A stretch of 32,000 nt of DNA, from the NCBI GenBank assembly GCA_964394085.1, contig CAYMWF010000024.1, positions 20,749 to 52,748 of the forward strand, in the 5' to 3' direction. Shown in pieces: positions 17,424 through 26,384 of the stretch. The position numbers were made by a program, and so were the translations under genes. The stretch is from an uncultured Gemmatimonadota bacterium. Its GTDB lineage: Bacteria > GCA-2686955 > CAYMWF01. The notes under the pieces were generated by a model that saw nothing but the letters and a program-made list of their open reading frames with translations, had not been told where the DNA came from and did no database searches. The first letter of the stretch is position 1, and each line of letters begins with the position of its first letter.

Positions 17424-17468
17424 GGGCACGGGTCAAAATAAATCGGTGATTTATTTTGACCCGTACCC
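17424..17468. terminator. long perfect hairpin (17-bp stem, 3-nt loop), likely terminator of the GTPase unit
   Basis: ACGGGTCAAAATAAATC (17428-17444) is the exact reverse complement of GATTTATTTTGACCCGT (17448-17464), with loop GGT. The stem extends to GGGC/ACCC with one mismatch. It begins 1 nt after the ygbA-like stop. There is no downstream U-tract. Confidence 0.55.
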
Positions 17469-17628
17469 TAAATCGATACACGGCTGCCCCTGTTTTGGCT
17501 TGTCTGCTCCGTCAACTCCGGTATAGTGACCGAAGAGTGACGGAGCGGTGAGGTTCGGATATCCGGTGAACTTCCGGTGCCTTACGGCTGAAACTCGGGA
17601 GCGATGCGGGTCAACAAGGAGAAGTAGA

Positions 17629-19293
17629 ATGTGTGAAGTGTATCCGGGTCGAAAACGAAAACAGGCGGCTGCTTTCGGCAAAATCGCCGCGGTACTTCTT
17701 TTGCTCTGCGTTTTTACATTTCCGGCTTCATCCGGAGAATATCCTGAATTGAAGCGGGCTTCGGAAATGATGGAAACCGTGTTAAGCATGGAAGGGGATA
17801 TTTTTGCGCCGAATTCGTTCGGGAAAGCGCAGAAATATTATGACAAGGCGAGTTCGGCCGCGGAAAAAGGCAAGGCCAGACAGACTGTCGAAAACGCTGA
17901 AAAATCCCTGGAGCAACTGGAGAACGCGGTCAAGGCTACCGAACTGGCGAAGATCACTTTAGAAACGTACCTGGAGCCGAGGGCAAAAGCGATTGCGGCG
18001 GATGCTCCCGAAATTGTATCGCACGCATTCAATAAGGCGGAGGCGCAGCTGAAGAAAGCAACGGCCAAGCTCGAGTCGGGCGACATGAGGGCGGCCCTGG
18101 ACGAGGCCGCGAAATCAACTCCTTTATACGATTCGTCCGAGTTGTCCGCCATCAAGATTACCGTCATGTCAGAAGCGGATAAGCTCATCCAGGAAGCGAT
18201 CAAGGATGAAGCCGAGAAGTTTGCATTGATTACCCTCAACAAGGCGCGCTCTTCCCGCACCCTTACAAACGCCATCCTCGACAAGGATCGGTACGACAGG
18301 GAAAACGCCGAGAACGAAATCGCCGCAGCCGAGTACGAGGCCCGCCACGCGTCCAATATCGCCCAGACCGTCCGTTCGCTCAACAGGAACGACCAGGACT
18401 GGGAGAAACTGATACTGGTCGAAGAAGACCGTCTCAACAAGGTCGGAAAGCTGTTCGGCGCGGAGCGTCTCAATTTCGAAAAAGGTTCCGAGGCGGCCGT
18501 AGACAGCCTGGTGGCCCTGATCGGCCGGCTCCAGGGCGATAAAGCCGGATTTATAAAAATGAATGCGATCCTCGCTAAAAAGCTCGGTCTTATTTCCGAC
18601 AGGCCGGACGAAACGTCTTACGGAGATCCGGTCGCCCTGGCGGGTGAAATCGATGAAGAAGTCTCCCGTCTTCTGGAAGAAAGAAAAATCCTTGCAGGAT
18701 TTTTCGGGTCGTTTCAGACTTCGCTGGCCCGTCTCGGCCTTGAAATTTCCGGCGACAGCCTGCCCGAACTTTCCAAATCGATAGAAGAAGGTTTGACGTT
18801 CGTTTTTACCCAGATAGACAGTCTGAAAATGTCGTTCGAAAAGATCTCCTCCGAACTGGAAACACGCAAAGAAAGAGAAGACAAATTCTGGACGGCCAAA
18901 ACGATGCTCCGCCCATCTGAAGGTGAAGTCCTCTTCAATACCGCGAACGAGATTGTAGTCAGGCTCCTGGGGCTCTCATTCGACCCCGGCAGGAGCGAAC
19001 TGAAAGACCGGCACGCGCTGCTCCTGAGAAAAGCGGGGGATATTATCAGGATGTTTCCCGGTTCGAATATCAGCGTGGAGGGGCATACCGATTCACGGGG
19101 CGATCGAACCACCAACCTGCGACTTTCCAGGAAGCGGGCGGAAGCTGTGAAGGTATACCTGCAGCAGGGTCTCATGCTGCCGGACGAACGGATATCGGCT
19201 ACCGGCTTCGGCTCGGACAAACCGATTGCCTCGAACAGCACCTCGGAGGGCCGCGCAAGGAACCGGAGGATCGATATAACAATCAAATATTGA
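17629..19293 (+). CDS. OmpA-family protein with long helical (DUF4398-like repeat) N-terminal region
   Basis: I prefer the ATG at 17629 (AGGAG at 17617-17621, 7-nt spacer) over the track start at 17548. Signal peptide AAFGKIAAVLLLLCVFTFPASSG. Three helical repeats: FGKAQKYYDKASSA, FNKAEAQLKKATAK, LNKARSSRTLTNA. C-terminal OmpA domain: VEGHTDSRGDRTTNLRLSRKRAEAV ... NRRIDITI. Confidence 0.85.
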   Translation: MCEVYPGRKRKQAAAFGKIAAVLLLLCVFTFPASSGEYPELKRASEMMETVLSMEGDIFAPNSFGKAQKYYDKASSAAEKGKARQTVENAEKSLEQLENAVKATELAKITLETYLEPRAKAIAADAPEIVSHAFNKAEAQLKKATAKLESGDMRAALDEAAKSTPLYDSSELSAIKITVMSEADKLIQEAIKDEAEKFALITLNKARSSRTLTNAILDKDRYDRENAENEIAAAEYEARHASNIAQTVRSLNRNDQDWEKLILVEEDRLNKVGKLFGAERLNFEKGSEAAVDSLVALIGRLQGDKAGFIKMNAILAKKLGLISDRPDETSYGDPVALAGEIDEEVSRLLEERKILAGFFGSFQTSLARLGLEISGDSLPELSKSIEEGLTFVFTQIDSLKMSFEKISSELETRKEREDKFWTAKTMLRPSEGEVLFNTANEIVVRLLGLSFDPGRSELKDRHALLLRKAGDIIRMFPGSNISVEGHTDSRGDRTTNLRLSRKRAEAVKVYLQQGLMLPDERISATGFGSDKPIASNSTSEGRARNRRIDITIKY

Positions 19294-19324
19294 CCCGGCC
19301 GCCGGGAACCGCCTGCCGGACCGG

Positions 19325-21160
19325 TCAGGGTGCATCCAGCACCTCGCGCACTTTCCGTAGAAGTTTCTTGATATCGAACGGTTTTTCGATGAGGGCCGTG
19401 TCTTCGTCAAGCACACCTCGATGGGCGATAATGTCATCGGTGTAGCCGGACATGTAAAGGACCCTGATATCCGGCTTTATCGAAACGACCCGCTCGTACA
19501 ATTCCTTCCCGTTCATCTCCGGCATCTCCACATCCGTCAGAAGCAGATGGATCTCCTCAGCATACTTTTTGAACATCCGGTAGGCGTCACTCCCGCTTTC
19601 AGCCTCCAGGACGCGATATCCGTTGTTTTCGAGCATCTTTCTGGTCAAAGTGCGAACCATCTCCTGGTCTTCGGCCAGAAGCACCGTCTCCTTGCCGGGG
19701 ACTACCGTTTTTTTATCGGGTTCGACGATCTCTTCGACTTCTCCCCGAACCCTGGGCAGATAAATCCTGACGCTCGTACCCTCGCCGGGTTCGGAATCGG
19801 CATGGATGAATCCGCCATGCTGCTTTATGATTCCATAAACCGTGGATAATCCCAGGCCGGTTCCCTTACCCATTTCTTTGGTCGTAAAGAACGGTTCGAA
19901 GATGTTGTCGAGTACTTCCTTTTCCATACCGTATCCGTCGTCGCTTACCGCCAGCATCACGAATTCGCCGGGTACGGCACCTATGTGGTTTCTGCAAAAC
20001 TCTTCGTCAATCGAAACGTTCGCGGTTTCGATGGTTAAATTACCGCCGTTCGGCATGGCGTCCCGTGCGTTTATTACCAGGTTGATAAGAATCTGGTCCA
20101 GCTGTCCCGGATCTACCTTGGTCCGCCATAAGTCTTCTGCAGATACGAGGCGTAATTCAATATCTTCCTCGATGAGTCGCAAAAGAATCTTCTGCGATCG
20201 ATTCATCCTCTGGTTGATATCGACTATCCTGGGTTCGATAGTCTGCTTGCGGGAGAAGGCGAGAAGCTGGGATGTCAGTTGAGAGCAGCTTTCCGCCGCC
20301 TTCAGGATTGCTTTCACATCGCGGGCCCTGGGGTCGTCGGGAGCCAGCGATGATTCGATCAGTTCGGAATAGCCCCTGATAGCGGTCAGCATGTTGTTGA
20401 AGTCGTGGGCCACGCCCCCGGCCAGTCGGCCTATCGCCTCCATCTGCTGCGTCTGGCGGAGTTGCGCCTCCAGCCTGGATTTCTCTTTCTCCGCTTTCTT
20501 GCGGTCGGCGTTCTCAGCCAGCAGCCGTTCGTTGGCCGCCGTCAATTCGGCGGTGCGCTCTTTCACCCGCTCTTCCAGCCTGTCGTGAGCATCCTGAAGC
20601 GCTTTCTCCATCCTTTTTCGCGCTTTCTCTTTCCTTTCAGCCAGCAATCTGGCGTGCAGCACCGGTGCTATGGCATCGGCGAGGATTTGACCCAATCGAA
20701 GGTCGTCCCGGGTATAGGCGGTTTTCTTGTTGGCCACCTGAAACAATCCGATAACATCTCCCATGTGGACGATCGGAACCGTAATATTCCTGGTGATGTC
20801 GATATGCCCTTCCGGAACGAGGGCGGAATGTTCATTGGAATAAAGTATTTTCTTTTCCCGTATGGCCCGGGGCCAGATACTGTCGCCCCATGTTTCTCTG
20901 GGAAATACTATATTCTTCTCCGGAATCTGACACCGGTTCCAGATATGACGGGTCATAGAAGGGACTACGAGCGCTCCCTTTTCGTCGATGTAACCGAATA
21001 CTCCGAACTCGCTTGCCATACTTTCCAGAAGAACGGTCAGGACTTCTCCATACATCTCATCGCCGGAGATCGTAAGGAAAATCTTGTCTATCCGATACCG
21101 ATAATTCAGCTCTCGTTCCGAGAAACCCGGTGTCTTCCCGGCGGGTTGTTTATCATACAT
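19325..21160 (-). CDS. hybrid sensor histidine kinase (GAF-coiled coil-HisKA-HATPase-receiver)
   Basis: H-box [18 protein letters not shown]-box [13 protein letters not shown]1 [19 protein letters not shown]2 GTGLGLS. Receiver: [10 protein letters not shown] ... [14 protein letters not shown] ... KPF. The N-terminal ~170 aa look GAF-like. Confidence 0.9.
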   Translation of the reverse strand: MYDKQPAGKTPGFSERELNYRYRIDKIFLTISGDEMYGEVLTVLLESMASEFGVFGYIDEKGALVVPSMTRHIWNRCQIPEKNIVFPRETWGDSIWPRAIREKKILYSNEHSALVPEGHIDITRNITVPIVHMGDVIGLFQVANKKTAYTRDDLRLGQILADAIAPVLHARLLAERKEKARKRMEKALQDAHDRLEERVKERTAELTAANERLLAENADRKKAEKEKSRLEAQLRQTQQMEAIGRLAGGVAHDFNNMLTAIRGYSELIESSLAPDDPRARDVKAILKAAESCSQLTSQLLAFSRKQTIEPRIVDINQRMNRSQKILLRLIEEDIELRLVSAEDLWRTKVDPGQLDQILINLVINARDAMPNGGNLTIETANVSIDEEFCRNHIGAVPGEFVMLAVSDDGYGMEKEVLDNIFEPFFTTKEMGKGTGLGLSTVYGIIKQHGGFIHADSEPGEGTSVRIYLPRVRGEVEEIVEPDKKTVVPGKETVLLAEDQEMVRTLTRKMLENNGYRVLEAESGSDAYRMFKKYAEEIHLLLTDVEMPEMNGKELYERVVSIKPDIRVLYMSGYTDDIIAHRGVLDEDTALIEKPFDIKKLLRKVREVLDAP

Positions 21161-21517
21161 TTATTTGTATTCCTCGTACGCTCCTCATTCCATCCTCAAT
21201 ATAGATGACGTAATATGATAATAAATTCACACAGGCATAAAAAGAAGAAATATAAGAATTTTCAACCCGGAAAAATAACATAGGAAATACGCAGACTTAA
21301 TACGTGGAAGCAAGGTGGCTGCAATCAGCCGGATAGTTGGACGATTAACAAATATATACGACAGACGACTACGTAGAAAACACGCAGTAAAGTTCTATGT
21401 TGTTATATCAACCCATATTGGATACATTCAGCGCATGTCATTCATTAACAGAACAAGAAACGCTCTGTAAAACCAACCACGTAGAAGCAGCCGAATTCCC
21501 GGTAAGAAGGAATTGTT
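21161..21517. promoter_or_regulatory. AT-rich divergent intergenic region with repeated ACGTRGAAR motif
   Basis: Visibly AT-rich compared with the flanking sequence. Three copies of the motif: TACGTGGAAGCA (21301-21312), TACGTAGAAAAC (21370-21381), CACGTAGAAGCA (21478-21489). ACGCAG occurs next to copies 1 and 2 (21289-21294 and 21382-21387). The region lies between divergently transcribed kinase and PAS-LuxR genes. Confidence 0.3.
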
Positions 21518-22732
21518 TTGCCGCGACCCGAAAGAAAAACTGAAGTTCTTGAGAGAGTAGGAAAAATAGGGTTCTTATCCTTTGATCTTGAATCGGAAAA
21601 AGTCGAGTGGTCGCCGGGGCTGTATTCTATTTTCGGAATTCCAGGCACCGAGCCTGCGCCGAGCATGCAAAGGTTTTTCGAATATGTTCAACCGGGCGAC
21701 CGCGAATCTATCGAATCGGCTTTTCGAAAAGCTGTTGAAGAATACGTTCCTTTCAGCATCTGGATCTCGGCTAAAAATATGGATGCCGCTAACCTGACCC
21801 TTTCCTGCAAAGGGGATTTTGAAAACGATGAAACAGGCCGTCCGGTCAGTCTCGTCTCCGTGGTTCATGACATGACGGATTACGGAGACAAGATTGCTTC
21901 ACTGGAGGAAACCGAAATAAAATACCGGACGCTGGTCGAGCACTCTCCGGATGCGGTCGCGCTGCACTGTGAAGGGAAAATTGTCTATGTCAATCGCGCC
22001 GGGCTGCTGCTCGCGGGTGTTGATGACGAACGGATGCTGCTGGGGAAGACCATCGAATCATTCATCCCCGAGGATTCAATGGAAGATGTCAGGGAACGCC
22101 GGCGTCAAGTCGAGAGCGGCAATGTCGTCCCGTTCGTCGAAAGGAAGGTGATCAGGCCCGACGGGAAGATTCTGGATATTGAAGCTGCGCAAATTCCATA
22201 CAATTACAGAGGTAAACCTGGCGGACAGGTGGTTATCAGGGACATCAGCGAGAGAAAAAAGATAGAACGGCGGCTGCTGGACAACGAAAAATTGTTGAAG
22301 CGGCAGTACAGGATGCTGGAAGAGAAGAACATCGCACTGAGAGAGCTGATGACCCAGATAGTGCTTGAAAAAGAAAACATGGAAATGCGCGTAAACTCGA
22401 ATGTCGATACGCTGGTTCTCCCGCTGCTGGCAAGACTGAAAGAAAAGGGGTCGCCGGTCACCAAAGATGATCTTTACCTGCTGGAAGAAAATCTGAAAAA
22501 AATCACTGAAGAATTCGGGATGAAGATTTCGGGAAGGATGCTCGGTTTGACGCGTCGCGAGATCGAAATATGTAATCTGATCAGGAGCTCAATGAGCACG
22601 AAGCAGGTAGCCGATTTTCTGAACATTGCACCCAGGACGGTTGAAACCCATCGAAACAACATCCGCAAGAAGTTCGGGATACGCAAAAACGTCGTCAACC
22701 TGACGACATTTCTCAATTCCCTCGATAAATAG
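21518..22732 (+). CDS. PAS-domain LuxR-family transcriptional regulator
   Basis: C-terminal LuxR HTH: LTRREIEICNLIRSSMSTKQVADFLNIAPRTVETHRNNIRKKFGI. Two PAS-like segments upstream (VEWSPGLYSIFG...; YRTLVEHSPDAVALH...VIRDISERK). TTG start with AAGAAGGAA 5-6 nt upstream. No receiver domain. Confidence 0.8.
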   Translation: MPRPERKTEVLERVGKIGFLSFDLESEKVEWSPGLYSIFGIPGTEPAPSMQRFFEYVQPGDRESIESAFRKAVEEYVPFSIWISAKNMDAANLTLSCKGDFENDETGRPVSLVSVVHDMTDYGDKIASLEETEIKYRTLVEHSPDAVALHCEGKIVYVNRAGLLLAGVDDERMLLGKTIESFIPEDSMEDVRERRRQVESGNVVPFVERKVIRPDGKILDIEAAQIPYNYRGKPGGQVVIRDISERKKIERRLLDNEKLLKRQYRMLEEKNIALRELMTQIVLEKENMEMRVNSNVDTLVLPLLARLKEKGSPVTKDDLYLLEENLKKITEEFGMKISGRMLGLTRREIEICNLIRSSMSTKQVADFLNIAPRTVETHRNNIRKKFGIRKNVVNLTTFLNSLDK

Positions 22733-22889
22733 AGCAGTCGCCCCGATTACAGGCTGTACCTCGCCCAATGTTCGATTAATGCCACTTTCTGAATAAGGAA
22801 TTTACTTTCAAACCGCCGGTTTGTATATTGGCTTCGTTGATAGCGTTCTCCCGGAGCGTGAACGATTCCAAATTTATTGCGAGGTCGAA

Positions 22890-25166
22890 ATGAAGATTCT
22901 AGTTATTTTCCATACCGCTCTGTTCCTCTGCTTCTTAACACTTATTCAGGTTGCCGATGCCGGTACGTCCTGCTCGGTATCGGGGGTGGTTACCGACCAG
23001 GGCGGCAATCCCCTCCCTCATTCCGATGTAATCGTCTCGGGAACTTCCCGCGGAGCTTCGGCGGCTCCCGACGGAAGATTTTTCATCCGCGGCCTGGAGC
23101 CGGGCCGGTACGAAATCGCGGCTTCGCGGGTGGGATTCAAGCGGGTGGCGAAACGGATCGATTTGAAGGTCGGCCGGGAAGCGGAGCTGACTTTCGCTCT
23201 CCCCGCCGAACCGTTGCTGCTGGAGGAACTCGTGGTCACCGCGAAGTTCGAGCGGGCCTATCCTTCGCCGCTGCTGGTGGAAAAAAGAGCTCCGGCAACA
23301 TCAATAGTCGATTCCGGCGAGCTGTTGAAGAGTATCCCCGGTGTATCGACCGTAAAGAAGGGGGCGACGGGCCAGGATCCGGTGCTGAGAGGATTCAGGC
23401 AGGACCAGGTCCTCGTTCTTCTCGACGGGGCCGCGAGGACCACCTGCGCATGCCCCAACAGGATGGATCCCCCTACAAGCCATATCCAGGTCGAAGACAT
23501 CGAAAAGATCGAGTTGTTCAAGGGGCCGTTCACCGTGAGATACGGCGAGACGCCGGGCGGTTTGATCAATATCGTCTTAAAGAGACCCGACGTATCGGGC
23601 TCGCTGTTCAAGGGACGTGTAGATTTCGGCTACGAGCCGGACCATGACGGCATCATGGGGCGCTTGTCGGCCACCACGGCGTTCGATGACCGGTTCGCCG
23701 TCTTTCTGGGGGGAGGATACAGGGAGGAAGGCGACTACAGGGACGGAGACGACAACGTGGTCAGAGCGGGGGCGAAAGTCAGTGATTATTCCCTGAAAGG
23801 GAGGTTCGATCCCACGTCGCGGCTGAGGTTCCAGGCGACGCTCAGGAGCTCCGACACGAGGGACGTGCCGTATCCCGCGCTCATGATGGACATGGACAAA
23901 GACATCTTCAAACTCTATTCACTGGATATTTCGTCGCTCCCCCCCGGCGGGCCGGTCGAAAGCCTGGGCGGCACGGTGTACATGACTACGCTCGACCACG
24001 GCATGTCCAACAACGAATCGAAAACCAACTACAGCAAGGTGCACGCCGTCGCGGATATCGAAGCGAGCACTTTCGGAGGCAGGTGCGAGGCCAGGCTCAA
24101 ACCCGCGGCATCCGGCGCTGTCTGGACCGGATTCGATTTTTTATCGATCTGGAAAAATGGAACGAGATTCAAGGATTTCGTATCACCGCAGAAGACGGAC
24201 GCGACCGACAAAATATGGCCCGACGCGACTCAGAACCGTATCGGCCTGTTCGCTGAATCGAGGCTTCCTCTCTCAGAGGATGTTTCGGTGCTCGCCGGCT
24301 TGAGGGCGGGTTGGGCTCTTTACGAAGCAGCGGAGGCCGATTCTTCATTTTTGGCCTATTCGAGCGGCTCCCTCGAGAGCACGAATTTCCTCCCCGCGGG
24401 CGATATCTCGCTGCTGTGGCGGGCAACTCCGGGCTGGGAGATAGGTCTTTCCGCCGGCGCGGGGAGCCGTGCGCCATCGCTGACCGAAAAATATATAAAC
24501 AGGTTCCAGATCGGCCTGGACAGCTACGAATATCTGGGTGACCCGGGAATAGAACCCGAGATAAATTACCAGACCGAGCTCAGCGCCGCTTTCAGCAGGG
24601 AATCTCTCGAGATCGGCTGTTCGGCCTATATCGGTTACCTGTACAATGCCATAACGGGTTTCGTAGACACACTGAGTTCCGATCCCGATCCGGTAGTCGT
24701 GAAAAGATTCGGGAATCTCGACAAGGCGAGACACGCGGGCGGCGAATTATCCGCAGCCTACCGGTTCGATATCGGATATTACATGTCGAGCTCGCTGTCG
24801 TATACGAGGGGAACGAACCTTGTCGATGACGAACCGCTTCCCGAAATGCCTCCGCTGGAAGCAAATGTGGTTCTCGGATACGAACATTGGCGAAAGCGGG
24901 TGAGAATCGAGCTGGACGGGCGGTTCGCGGCCCGGCAGAACAGGGTGTCATCCCTTTACGGCGAAGAAGAAACGCCCGGATTTTCGGTTTTCGGCGGCGA
25001 GATCGAACTGCGCCTGTTGGATCACTTCAGGGTCATCGCCGGTATCGACAACATTTTCGATGAACAGTACTACGAACACTTGAGCAGGCGCGAAAAGATA
25101 GCCGACGGTGAACCGATTCCGGAAGAGGGCAGGAATGTCTATACCAGGATATCATTCTCCTGGTGA
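22890..25166 (+). CDS. TonB-dependent outer-membrane receptor with N-terminal carboxypeptidase-regulatory-like domain
   Basis: I prefer the ATG at 22890 (GAGGT at 22881-22885) over the track start at 22821. Signal peptide MKILVIFHTALFLCFLTLIQVADA. CarboxypepD_reg-like SVSGVVTDQGGNPL...GRYEIAASRVGF. Plug region LEELVVTAKF ... DPVLRGF ... VLVLLDG. C-terminal ...RNVYTRISFSW, ending in an aromatic residue. Confidence 0.9.
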   Translation: MKILVIFHTALFLCFLTLIQVADAGTSCSVSGVVTDQGGNPLPHSDVIVSGTSRGASAAPDGRFFIRGLEPGRYEIAASRVGFKRVAKRIDLKVGREAELTFALPAEPLLLEELVVTAKFERAYPSPLLVEKRAPATSIVDSGELLKSIPGVSTVKKGATGQDPVLRGFRQDQVLVLLDGAARTTCACPNRMDPPTSHIQVEDIEKIELFKGPFTVRYGETPGGLINIVLKRPDVSGSLFKGRVDFGYEPDHDGIMGRLSATTAFDDRFAVFLGGGYREEGDYRDGDDNVVRAGAKVSDYSLKGRFDPTSRLRFQATLRSSDTRDVPYPALMMDMDKDIFKLYSLDISSLPPGGPVESLGGTVYMTTLDHGMSNNESKTNYSKVHAVADIEASTFGGRCEARLKPAASGAVWTGFDFLSIWKNGTRFKDFVSPQKTDATDKIWPDATQNRIGLFAESRLPLSEDVSVLAGLRAGWALYEAAEADSSFLAYSSGSLESTNFLPAGDISLLWRATPGWEIGLSAGAGSRAPSLTEKYINRFQIGLDSYEYLGDPGIEPEINYQTELSAAFSRESLEIGCSAYIGYLYNAITGFVDTLSSDPDPVVVKRFGNLDKARHAGGELSAAYRFDIGYYMSSSLSYTRGTNLVDDEPLPEMPPLEANVVLGYEHWRKRVRIELDGRFAARQNRVSSLYGEEETPGFSVFGGEIELRLLDHFRVIAGIDNIFDEQYYEHLSRREKIADGEPIPEEGRNVYTRISFSW

Positions 25167-25223
25167 TGTCCAGCCTGTTTGATCCGAATTGCAATCCTCG
25201 AAAAACCCGGGGGATGAGGCGGC

Positions 25224-26111
25224 ATGGATAATCCGTACAAGGATTCATTGAAAGGGCTCGAGATTCCCGATCCCGTGGAGGCTTTTTTCTCCTGGTGCAG
25301 GGAGCGGGAGCGGATCAGGACCAGGCGCGAGTCGGGAGCACCGCCCCCGTGGACCGAAGATCCTGTTTTTCAAAAAGGGCGGTTTCTGAACGTGTTCAGG
25401 GAGGACGACAGGGGAACCAGAGCCGTTCTCCGGTTCGTCTCGCCTGTCGGAGATCTGGTTTCCCCGTTGATTCACGCGATTTTTTTCGCCCGGTGGTGCA
25501 ATCGCTCCGCCACTCTGGATAAGCTTCACCCGGATCTGCTGTCCGATCCCGAACTCCTGCGAAAAACGCTTCTTCACGAAGTGGGTCAGCCATGGTTTTC
25601 AGACGTTTACCCGGTCGAACCGGTTCGGTGGGATGGCCGGACCTTCGACCGCCTGGAAACCTGCACGCACCTGTTCGGGAAATGTCTCGCTTTTCTGGAG
25701 AGCTCCATACGGGAGTCAGGGGGAAACGTGATTACCGCAACGGACGCGATCAACGAAGAATTCAGGATGGCGAATGATTTTCCGATCTTCATGGCGCTGG
25801 TCGATATTGCCTGGTTCCACCCGGACCTGATCCATCCGGAAAGCCCCGTCCCCACGGGCATCGGAGCCGTTCCTTTCCTGGATCTTCTGCAGCGTCACCT
25901 CGAAACGCCCGATCACCAGGCCGCGGCTGAAAAGATGATGGAGCTCCAGCCGGCTTGCTGGCCGGAAGCGCGCCGGCGGTTCACTCCCCTCGATATCGAA
26001 TATATCTCCTGCGAGTGCCGTAAGTATTTCAGTTATAAAAACGGCACGAAACAGTTCACCGGGAAGAACCTTTTCACTCCCTGCGAAACTTCTTTCTCCC
26101 ATAAAGGGTAA
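25224..26111 (+). CDS. all-alpha protein resembling the aGPT-Pplase / 5-hmdU DNA kinase helical-domain family (putative DNA base hypermodification protein)
   Basis: GAGG RBS upstream. The N-terminal FFSWCRERERIRTRRESGAPPPWTEDPVFQKGRFLNVFREDDRGTRAV matches the family signature (W..ER..I...R..G.P.PWT.DP....F.N.FRE.DR.T). The C-terminal LDIEYISCECRKY also matches. Both are recalled from memory and not searched. The CDS itself is well supported; the function is tentative. Confidence 0.5.
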   Translation: MDNPYKDSLKGLEIPDPVEAFFSWCRERERIRTRRESGAPPPWTEDPVFQKGRFLNVFREDDRGTRAVLRFVSPVGDLVSPLIHAIFFARWCNRSATLDKLHPDLLSDPELLRKTLLHEVGQPWFSDVYPVEPVRWDGRTFDRLETCTHLFGKCLAFLESSIRESGGNVITATDAINEEFRMANDFPIFMALVDIAWFHPDLIHPESPVPTGIGAVPFLDLLQRHLETPDHQAAAEKMMELQPACWPEARRRFTPLDIEYISCECRKYFSYKNGTKQFTGKNLFTPCETSFSHKG

Positions 26112-26115
26112 GGCG

Positions 26116-26370
26116 ATGCGCATGTCTGATCAAAAACAGGACGGCCGGGAACGTAACCTGGGTGAGCAGCCGCTCGCGAGGATCATGGATGCGAACGGCC
26201 TGGTCCCCCGCGATCTCGTGACGGCATCGACCGAGCAGATTACCCACAAGATGGTGGCCCGCGCGCGAAAAGGCAGGAGGTTGACACCCAACGTTCAGAA
26301 CAAGATTCTCACCGCTCTGAACAAGGCGAGCGGAAAACGATACACTCTGGATGATATTTTCACATACTGA
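26116..26370 (+). CDS. small basic protein, possible DNA-binding (HTH-like)
   Basis: Starts 4 nt after the preceding stop, with GGGTAAGG upstream. 84 aa. The segment DLVTASTEQITHKMVARARKGRRLTPNVQNKILTALN looks like helix-turn-helix. No family firmly recognised. Confidence 0.5.
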   Translation: MRMSDQKQDGRERNLGEQPLARIMDANGLVPRDLVTASTEQITHKMVARARKGRRLTPNVQNKILTALNKASGKRYTLDDIFTY

Positions 26371-26384
26371 GCCGGTCCTTCGAT

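Noticed and set aside
17548-17628. N-terminal extensions proposed by the track for three genes (17548 for ompA-like, 22821 for the TBDR, 27425 for the ABC ATPase)
   Set aside because: In each case an internal ATG with a good Shine-Dalgarno sequence (at 17629, 22890 and 27572) begins directly at a signal peptide or the conserved N-terminus. The extensions are non-conserved-looking, and in the ATPase case the extension overlaps the methyltransferase by 92 nt.
17838-19286. Minus-strand ORFs 17838..18473 (211 aa) and 18714..19286 (190 aa)
   Set aside because: They are antisense to the OmpA-family gene. Their Ser/Ala-rich low-complexity sequence mirrors the Ala/Glu/Lys-rich helical region on the sense strand.
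20405-21208. Plus-strand 267-aa ORF
   Set aside because: It is antisense to the GAF-hybrid kinase, and it extends past the kinase start codon into the intergenic region with no RBS.
22733-22889. Possible cobalamin riboswitch or Fur box upstream of the TonB-dependent receptor (GCCACT at about 22780; palindrome CAAACCGCCGGTTTG at 22809-22823)
   Set aside because: Only a 6-nt resemblance to the B12 box is present, and the region is too short and lacks the other conserved riboswitch helices. No GATAATGATAATCATTATC-like Fur box is present. The palindrome has an unfoldable 1-nt loop and may simply be a weak terminator for the LuxR gene.
22877-23647. Plus-strand 256-aa Arg/Gly-rich ORF
   Set aside because: It is out of frame within the TonB-dependent receptor gene. 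The receptor frame shows the signal peptide, plug and barrel motifs.
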